Shown: one piece after another, positions 57,558 to 64,000 of the stretch | How positions within the stretch are numbered: position 1 is the first letter of the stretch | How the letters are laid out: every line of letters starts with the position of its first letter | Assembly (NCBI GenBank): GCA_050010515.1 | Contig: JBEKKX010000002.1 | Span: forward strand, 1-64,000 | From: Candidatus Bathyarchaeia archaeon | Lineage (GTDB): Archaea; Thermoproteota; Bathyarchaeia; Bathyarchaeales; Bathycorpusculaceae | DNA length: 64,000 nt | Reading direction: 5' to 3' | The notes under the pieces: model-generated | Database searches by the model: none | The model's input: the letters and a program-made list of their open reading frames with translations, nothing else | What the model was told of the DNA's origin: nothing | Translations under genes and position numbers: made by a program

Positions 57558-58263
57558 AAACACCCGACCAAAACCTAACCCCCCACTACCCACCCCCCGC
57601 ACTAAGCGGGGCAAACCCCAAAACAACACCCTCTCTTCTTTTAGAACAGCCGAGAGTAAGATAGTAGATTCAACTGAGTAGATTAGGTTAGAATAGAATA
57701 GCTATGGGTAGGGAAGGGGTAAAAGGGGAAACCAATAGGCATACCCGCGCTAAGTCGTCCGACACACACACACCGCCCCCGCGCAACACACACATAACAA
57801 AAAATGATAAACAAATGCAATCATTAACCGAAAGTGTTAATCATCGAGCACCCAGAACGAACCAACAAAACAAGCACATAGAACCCAGAAAAAGCCATGC
57901 CCATGTTTACCTTAATTCAGGAAAAAAAGATACTGCCTTGCGTTTTCATGAATCGAACTCCCCGCCTATCTGTACCCCTGAACAACAGCAACTCCTGAGC
58001 GTCCGCCCTCGCTGGAAAAATACCCATTTTTTAAAATTTCTGGGTTCGATTTTTATGGATGGGATTCCCCATTTTATTTGGCTTGGAAGAATTCCTTGCC
58101 CAAAATCATTTTTTGAGCAAAATCAAGGGTATGTAGCTTAAAGGCTAAATTGGGCTTGTTTTGCCAATTGAACACGTGTTCTACAGTTATTTGGCATTTC
58201 AAGCCCAGAATAGCCTTTAAATATGGGTTTTGCATTGCTATAAACATAAACGAAGTTGGAAAA

Positions 58264-58491
58264 ATGACAGCAACCCCAGAAAAAAACCAAATAATAAAGC
58301 AACCGAAACTTAGCTTAGCACAACGCTTTAAGAAATGGCTAAATGGGGAATATTATAAGGCACCAACAAAAGAAGAAATACAAGAAGCTGAAGAGTTGGA
58401 GCAAGAAGCTAAAGAAGACGAAATAGAGGATTCGCAAGGGGACGGATTAATGAGCGAAGGGGATATTATGTTCCCTGAGGAGATTGAATAA
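58264..58491 (+). CDS. 75-aa protein with acidic C-terminus (element B right end)
   Basis: ATG 58264 downstream of TATA-like CTTTAAATA (~58215). Confidence 0.6.
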   Translation: MTATPEKNQIIKQPKLSLAQRFKKWLNGEYYKAPTKEEIQEAEELEQEAKEDEIEDSQGDGLMSEGDIMFPEEIE

Positions 58492-58521
58492 ATGAGCAAC
58501 TTAGAAATAGCCAAAAAGCGA

Positions 58522-58560
58522 ATTATCTACAGTTGCAGAAGTGGATACAAATATGTATCC
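58522..58560. repeat. attR-like site ATTATCTACAGTTGCAGAAGTGGATAC-AAATAT-GTATCC
   Basis: GGATAC/GTATCC perfect inverted repeat around the 6-bp core. Confidence 0.7.
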
Positions 58561-58579
58561 CTTAAAAAACTTGGAATCC

Positions 58580-59614
58580 ATGAAAAACATGCAGAGCAAG
58601 CAGCGAAAAGATGAAAATTACTGTTTAGGCATAGAATCTTCAGCAGACGATTTTGGCGTTGGAATAGCCGCCTTCAACGGAGAAATACTCGCCAACAAAT
58701 CCGACAGTTACATACCAGCAGAAGGCGGAATCCACCCTAGAGAAGCAGCAAGGCACCACTCTGAAGTTGCTGATAAAGTGCTAAGCGACGCCTTAACGGC
58801 GGCGGGCGTGAAGCCAAGTGACTTGTCGATTATTGCGTTTTCTCAGGGTCCAGGTTTAGGACCATGCTTGCGCACAGGTGCTACTGTTGCCAGAGCTTTG
58901 GCGTCATACCTTGAGGTTCCGCTAGTGGGTGTTAACCATTCTGTGGCGCATATTGAGATTGGAAAACTAAAAACTGGCGTTGTTGACCCAGTGACCCTTT
59001 ACGCTTCAGGCGGCAACACCATGGTGACAGCTTTTGAGGCTGGACGCTACAGAGTTTTCGGTGAAACCTTAGATATTGCCCTTGGGAACTGTTTGGACGT
59101 TTTCGCTCGGGAAGCGGGTCTTAAGCACCGGAAGGGTTTGCCGCTTGGAGCTGCCGTGGAGCGGTTGGCAGCTAATGGGAAAAGGCTGGTTTCTTTGCCG
59201 TATGTTGTGAAGGGCATGGACTTATCCCTTAGCGGCTTATTGACTGCGGCGACAGCTCAGCTGCATAGGGGCGATTGCTGCTTGGAGGATTTGTGTTATA
59301 GTCTTCAGGAGAACGCTTTTTCGATGGTTACTGAAGTTACTGAGCGCGCGTTGGCGCATACGGAGAAGAAGGAGGTTCTGTTAACAGGAGGGGTAGCAGC
59401 CAATAAACGGTTGCAATCCATGCTTGCTGTTATCGCGGAGGAGCATGACGCACGGTTCAGTGTGGTTCCGCTTGAGTTTGCAACTGACAACGGCGCCATG
59501 ATTGCTTGGACAGGCGTTTTAGCTTACAGGCACGGGGTAGTTACGCCTTTGGATGAGAGTTATGTGAAGCTGCGTTGGCGGGTGGATAAGGTGGATGTTC
59601 CATGGATACAGTAG
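58580..59614 (+). CDS. kae1: KEOPS t6A synthase Kae1
   Basis: LGIES, GGIHPREAA, GPGLGPCL, VNHSVAH, SGG, DNGAMIA; start ATG 58580 or 58589. Confidence 0.95.
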   Translation: MKNMQSKQRKDENYCLGIESSADDFGVGIAAFNGEILANKSDSYIPAEGGIHPREAARHHSEVADKVLSDALTAAGVKPSDLSIIAFSQGPGLGPCLRTGATVARALASYLEVPLVGVNHSVAHIEIGKLKTGVVDPVTLYASGGNTMVTAFEAGRYRVFGETLDIALGNCLDVFAREAGLKHRKGLPLGAAVERLAANGKRLVSLPYVVKGMDLSLSGLLTAATAQLHRGDCCLEDLCYSLQENAFSMVTEVTERALAHTEKKEVLLTGGVAANKRLQSMLAVIAEEHDARFSVVPLEFATDNGAMIAWTGVLAYRHGVVTPLDESYVKLRWRVDKVDVPWIQ

Positions 59615-60261
59615 TCGAGCAAACGCTGTTTAAGAAGGGTGCGGAAGCCAGCTTGTACCTTGCCGATTGGCATAGTCGAAAAGTAGTCATTAAGGTGCGA
59701 ATTCCAAAAAGGTATCGTCCGGAGGCGTTGGATGAGCAGATTCGAAGTTACCGCACAGTGCATGAGCCGCAGTTGATGCATGAAGCGAAAGCAGCTGGGG
59801 TGCCGACTCCGTTGATATACATGGTTAACGTTGCTGAAGCTTCGATTACGATGGAGTATGTGGAAGGGCAGCAGATTAAGCAGCTACTGAACAAGGTTCC
59901 ACAGGGTAAGCGGCGGGAATTATGCATGGCAATCGGCGAGTTAATCGGTAAACTTCACAGTCGTGGCTTAATCCACGGCGACCTAACAACATCAAACATG
60001 ATTCTGAGCCCTGAGGGCAAAATCTTTTTTGTTGATTTCGGTTTAGGCGAAAAAAATAGCGAGCTGGAGGCGGAGGGTGTGGATTTGCATTTGATGAAGC
60101 GGGCGCTGCAGAGTACCCATTACCAGTTCTGGGAAGAATGCTTCAAAAACGTGCTGTCTGGTTACTCGTCGGTTCTGGGTTCGGAAGCAGCGGAAAAGGT
60201 TTATGAGAAAATAAAGGAGATAGAGAGGCGTGGCCGCTATGTCGAGGAAAGAAAACAATAA
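59602..60261 (+). CDS. bud32: KEOPS kinase Bud32
   Basis: GAEA, IHGDLTTSNMI, VDFGL, ERRGRY. Confidence 0.95.
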   Translation: MDTVVEQTLFKKGAEASLYLADWHSRKVVIKVRIPKRYRPEALDEQIRSYRTVHEPQLMHEAKAAGVPTPLIYMVNVAEASITMEYVEGQQIKQLLNKVPQGKRRELCMAIGELIGKLHSRGLIHGDLTTSNMILSPEGKIFFVDFGLGEKNSELEAEGVDLHLMKRALQSTHYQFWEECFKNVLSGYSSVLGSEAAEKVYEKIKEIERRGRYVEERKQ

Positions 60262-60853
60262 TCAAACCTGTAGTCTCAATGGCAAGGTTGTCTTTTTTGC
60301 CACAGGCAACATTAACAAGTTCAACGAAGCCAGAAGCATCCTAAGCAGTTACGGGTTTGCAGTCGCAATGCTGCGCGTGAAGGGAGACGAGATGCAAAGC
60401 GACAGCCTGAAAGAAATCGCAAAAACAAGCGCCGTAAACGCGTTTAAACGAAGCCACTTGCCCATTTTCGTGGAGGACGCAGGCTTATTTATTGATGCCC
60501 TAAGCGGTTTTCCCGGTCCATATGCTGCTTACGTATACAAAACAATTCACAACAGCGGCATACTACGGTTGATGGAAAACGTGGCGGATAGGCATGCGAG
60601 ATTCCGGTCAGTTATATCTTACTGTGACGAAACCCTTTGTGAGCCAGAGTGTTTTGACGGCGAATCCAATGGCGAAATAACCTTAACCGAACGCAGACAA
60701 CAGGGAAAATCAGCTTTTGGCTTTGACCCTATTTTTCAGCCTGTTGGAAGCTGTAAAACATTTGCGGAAATGACTATTGAAGAGAAGAACGGTTTCTCGC
60801 ATAGAGCAATTGCCATACGCAAATTTGCTGAATGGTACAAAACAAAGCCTTGA
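60239..60853 (+). CDS. rdgB: HAM1/RdgB non-canonical purine NTP pyrophosphatase
   Basis: FATGNINK, VEDAGL, GFPGPY, FGFDPIF, SHR. Confidence 0.92.
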   Translation: MSRKENNNQTCSLNGKVVFFATGNINKFNEARSILSSYGFAVAMLRVKGDEMQSDSLKEIAKTSAVNAFKRSHLPIFVEDAGLFIDALSGFPGPYAAYVYKTIHNSGILRLMENVADRHARFRSVISYCDETLCEPECFDGESNGEITLTERRQQGKSAFGFDPIFQPVGSCKTFAEMTIEEKNGFSHRAIAIRKFAEWYKTKP

Positions 60854-60969
60854 ATAATTTATCAAATAAATACCTTCAAAACGCAACGGCAAAACGGAAT
60901 CTGTCAGCATCATTACATAAAATGTTATATCTGCAAAGCAACTGAATGAAGAACACAGGGGAACCAGGA

Positions 60970-61337
60970 ATGAGTAAACAGAAAGCGGCAAACGGAAACC
61001 GGGTAAGTGTACTTGCGACAATATTTGCTGTTGTATTAATTGGATTGGCAAGTCTGGTTTACACTTATTACACACCATTGATAATTCGAAGGATGCCGAA
61101 ATAGCTGACCAGAGCAATCAAATAGCCAGTTTAAATGCCACAATTTTGGGCCTCAACAGTCAGGTAGCTGCTTTAAAGAGCCAAATAAGTGATTTGCAGG
61201 AAAAATACACAGCGAACCTTGTTACTGCACTTGGAGCTAATGAAATCTCAAGCTCTATAGCTCTGTTCTTTGTCATCTCTACATATCTGGCACAGTTACC
61301 GATGCTGGTAAACAGTAGCTATGTGAGCCAGGGCTAA
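60970..61337 (+). pseudogene. Frameshifted membrane-anchored coiled-coil surface protein remnant
   Basis: ATG 60970 with TM segment; frame change near 61075 into QIASLNATILGLNSQVAALKSQI. Confidence 0.5.
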
Positions 61338-61452
61338 GACATCCAAGAATATTACAGATACGTGATTATAAGGAACCAGAAGATTGCAATGGGAAAGAAT
61401 TTCTACCTGAATGTCAATTATAAATATAATCTAATTTAGTTTACACAATATA

Positions 61453-61686
61453 ATGGAAGAAGTTCCTACTAGAATGTCAAATATAAAGGAAGAACACAGG
61501 GATAATTTACTTGGTGGACTTGCAATTATTCTAATTGGAATACTTCTTAGTTCATCAGCTATATGGGGATTAGTTGATAACGTCTATTCAATGAATAGTG
61601 GACTTGCACCAATAATGTTTATTATTTTAGGAGTTGGATCAATTATTTGGGGTGTATTAATATTCATTCATAAACCTGAGGCGTAA
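61453..61686 (+). CDS. Small two-TM membrane protein
   Basis: Two hydrophobic segments. Confidence 0.6.
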   Translation: MEEVPTRMSNIKEEHRDNLLGGLAIILIGILLSSSAIWGLVDNVYSMNSGLAPIMFIILGVGSIIWGVLIFIHKPEA

Positions 61687-61742
61687 ACAATTGTTGTTTG
61701 GTCACGAAAAAACAAGGGCTACCTTCACAGGAGACATAGACG

Positions 61743-62236
61743 ATGAATTCGGTAATTAGGTTTATAAAGGCAATATATTGTTTAGTCAAAGCCTTGCTAG
61801 GTTTACCATACGTGTCTACGGGGATATTGGTACTGTTAGCCTTGACTTGGTTTAGCCAACCCCCTGATTTAATATTAACAGCTGCGTTGTTGTTTGCTTT
61901 TCCAGTTTCTTGGTTATGTCGGCTTCAATGTGAGCGAGAACAGAGATTTTATAAGGGGTTGTTTATGGATAGCAAAAGCTACAGACAAGCAACAAGTTCA
62001 ACAAAAGTGTCGTCAGGTACAGCGAAAAGCTGTCCTGTCTGCAACAAAACTATCTCTTCAGAAAACAATTTCTGTCCTTATTAGGCAACTGACCTCAGAG
62101 GGCAAAGGTTGCAACAGCAGCCCAATCCCGCAGAAACAGGGATGACGATATGTCCAAAATGCAACAACAGAGTAGCTTACAATGCGAGTTTTGTGCAAAT
62201 TGTGAAGCAGACTTCAGACCGAAAACACCAATAGTA
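61743..62236 (+). pseudogene. Degenerate membrane plus double Zn-ribbon gene
   Basis: CPVC..FCPY-stop, then CPKCNNRV and, after a frameshift, CANCEADFRPKTP; similar to C-terminus of 56176..56505. Confidence 0.55.
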
Positions 62237-62285
62237 GGGCTTAACAATTTTTAAGGCAAAAATCTAGTTAGACACAGATATTAAC

Positions 62286-62735
62286 TTGATTCGTCTTTTC
62301 TTCCGTTCAAGGTTTATCAACTTGGATATTAGGCTGCAAGTTTTCAAGCTTGATGCGGATGATGATAATTATTCGCGGAGAAGCTTTCGCTTTGCTGTTG
62401 TTGACTTTAGTAAGTCTAAGAGTTATCCTTCAAATTTTGTTTGTATGCTACCAGTACAATTAGGAGCTGGAAGATCGGATTGTGTTTTCCTTCATGTTTT
62501 CGGAGACAAAAGCTTGGAACAAGCTAAGGCTTTGTTGAAAGCTGCTTTGGAGCGGGAGGATGATTCTGAGGTTAAAGCTGAGATTGAGAGAAGACTCAAG
62601 CTGCTTGAGCCTAAAGGGGTTAATCAAATAAAGTGCAGTGGTTGCGGAAAACTCTTTCAGCCTAGACGGATAAGACGGTTCAAGAACAAATTTTGCGAAG
62701 AATGCATGAAGAAAAAGTTTGGAAGTCGAGTATAG
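62286..62735 (+). CDS. Hypothetical protein with C-terminal Zn finger
   Basis: YPSNFVCMLP; CSGCGKLF...FCEEC. Confidence 0.7.
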   Translation: MIRLFFRSRFINLDIRLQVFKLDADDDNYSRRSFRFAVVDFSKSKSYPSNFVCMLPVQLGAGRSDCVFLHVFGDKSLEQAKALLKAALEREDDSEVKAEIERRLKLLEPKGVNQIKCSGCGKLFQPRRIRRFKNKFCEECMKKKFGSRV

Positions 62736-62849
62736 AGGAGGAATGGGTTAGGTTTCTATGCTTCGCTGTTTTAATTTAGTATCTATGATGCTGCATACCT
62801 GTTCCGAAATTGGTCAAAAATGGTATTTGCTTGAATTTTGCTCTAAGTG

Positions 62850-62878
62850 CGATTCCGCTGGGATTTGAACCCAGCCCC
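62850..62878 (-). other. tRNA 3'-end-like fragment (T arm plus acceptor strand)
   Basis: Minus strand CTGGG-TTCAAAT-CCCAG-CGGAATC; no 5' half found. Confidence 0.45.
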
Positions 62879-63001
62879 AAGTGTTGATATTAACCACGAG
62901 TTTCCCTTTTTGTGATTCTTGGCTCAATAGTTTTGAATTAGCTTCAATCAACACTTTCATGCGGGAAATCCCTTTTGATTGGTCAAGTGGCTAGATCGGC
63001 A

Positions 63002-63658
63002 TTATTCTTTTAGCATCTGAGTGAGTATGCGTAGTTCTGCTTTTCTGCGATGCGTCGCCAAAGCGGATTTGTGAAGGTTGAGTTTTTTTGCTAACTGTTC
63101 GGAACTGATTTTTCTTGGCAAGTTGTAATATCCCAGCTTGTATGCTGCAATCAAGACCTTTCTTTGCTTTTCCGTCAAAGCATTAAGCGGCGAATCAGGC
63201 GAGAACTTTGCATCCGCAAGCGAGACTATTCTATAGCGCATTCCTGACCTTTCTATTGTCCTAAGAGTTTCTCTTATCTGTTTTATACTGCCGAGGAAAG
63301 TCATCTTGAAATTTCCTTGCCGCATTTCTCTAGAAACAATGTATCCTCCTTTTTCCCCAAACGCATTAAATCTTGCATCAATTTGCTTCAGTTTGTGCTT
63401 AACGAGAACTATGTAAGCACCTCCAGTTTCTCGTTCAAGAAGTTGCACTTGATCAGCGTTATCGTTAACCAGCTTTGCGTAGTCTTCGACGTTAGAGACT
63501 TCAGTTTCAAGTTCTACTCTACATATCATTGTTATTTCTTCCTCTTTATGTCGGAGGAGTAACAAAACTTCTAAAGTCTTTACGTTTTGAAGAAGTTGCG
63601 ATTCCCCTTCAATTTTGCTTAATTCGTCTTTTGGAAACTCCAGTATGAGTCTGCGCAT
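63002..63658 (-). CDS. Bat/HTH_10-type transcriptional regulator
   Basis: LTEKQRKVLIAAYKLGYYNLPR...HRRKAE. Confidence 0.88.
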   Translation of the reverse strand: MRRLILEFPKDELSKIEGESQLLQNVKTLEVLLLLRHKEEEITMICRVELETEVSNVEDYAKLVNDNADQVQLLERETGGAYIVLVKHKLKQIDARFNAFGEKGGYIVSREMRQGNFKMTFLGSIKQIRETLRTIERSGMRYRIVSLADAKFSPDSPLNALTEKQRKVLIAAYKLGYYNLPRKISSEQLAKKLNLHKSALATHRRKAELRILTQMLKE

Positions 63659-63705
63659 AAACTAACGCATAGTGCTTTGGTCAATTATGTGTTTTGGTCT
63701 GAAAG

Positions 63706-63725
63706 GCGGATACATCCGCTATAAG
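63706..63725 (+). promoter_or_regulatory. Inverted repeat GCGGAT-AC-ATCCGC abutting TATA-like TATAAG
   Basis: Lies in divergent regulator/ABC promoter region. Confidence 0.5.
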
Positions 63726-63785
63726 GCTAATTCGGCAGTATACTCTCTCATAGAGACCCACAGATGGATTCAAGGGGTAAAAGAC

Positions 63786-64000
63786 ATGAGCGAAGATGTC
63801 ATAATTGTTGAAGGGTTAACAAAAATCTTTAATGGTGGTCTAGTAGCTGTTGACCACGTAAGTTTCACCGTGAAACAAGGCGAGAATTTTGGTTTTTTAG
63901 GGCCAAATGGAGCTGGAAAAACAACAACAATCAAAATGCTCACCACAATACTAAAGCCAACAGAAGGAAGGGCCTTGATACTTGGCAACGATGTTGCCAA
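63786..64000 (+). CDS. ABC ATP-binding protein, 5' part (runs off window)
   Basis: AVDHVSFTVKQGE.FGFLGPNGAGKTT. Confidence 0.9.
   Translation, partial: MSEDVIIVEGLTKIFNGGLVAVDHVSFTVKQGENFGFLGPNGAGKTTTIKMLTTILKPTEGRALILGNDVA

Larger units (their letters stand above)
53419..58554 (+). mobile_element. Complete ~5.1-kb integrative element B
   Basis: AAATAT direct repeat (53419-53424, 58549-58554), 27-bp imperfect inverted arms inside, integrase at left end, inserted between TFEbeta and kae1. Confidence 0.8.

Noticed and set aside
57704-58141. 145-aa ORF from the track
   Set aside because: Composition mirrors the A/C skew of the non-coding block; no protein-like motif
58541-58579. Kae1 start at GTG 58541 as given in the track
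   Set aside because: It falls inside the attR arm of element B; ATG 58580 or 58589 fits the empty-site reconstruction
63770-64000. Minus-strand 76-aa ORF
   Set aside because: Shadow of the plus-strand ABC ATPase starting at 63786

Overview
This is an archaeal chromosome segment, most consistent with Bathyarchaeia/TACK (inferred from gene content: aTrm56, aMBF1-HflX, NAC, arcadin-1, TFEbeta/RPC34-like gene, split Kae1/Bud32, many TTG starts). About 11.9-53.4 kb and 58.6-60.9 kb are housekeeping genes for translation, tRNA/rRNA modification, CDC48, proteasome, FEN1, GlmS, AOR and NAD synthesis. Two tyrosine-integrase elements in opposite orientations stand out. Element A (<1 to ~8.3 kb, left end not visible) encodes a prohead-protease-like gene but no recognisable capsid, portal or terminase. 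It also has two hairpin-rich non-coding blocks and a protein fusing two Zn ribbons to a copy of the host TFEbeta/RPC34 Fe-S motif. It appears to interrupt the first gene of a small defence-like island that also holds a DUF1016-N-like gene and a HEPN-GATase-like fusion. Element B (53419-58554, ~5.1 kb) is complete. It is flanked by an AAATAT direct repeat and 27-bp imperfect inverted arms, and sits in the TFEbeta/kae1 divergent promoter. Its predicted circular junction builds a new ORF coupled to the integrase, and it carries a homolog of a host protein domain. Both elements share a 16-bp palindrome (TTAAHCA-RY-TGDTTAA, five copies seen), paired copies of which lie beside G/C tracts. Together this suggests an undescribed family of small integrative, satellite-like elements carrying host-derived domains. 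No rRNA, complete tRNA or CRISPR array was seen. All family calls come from motif recognition by eye, not database searches.
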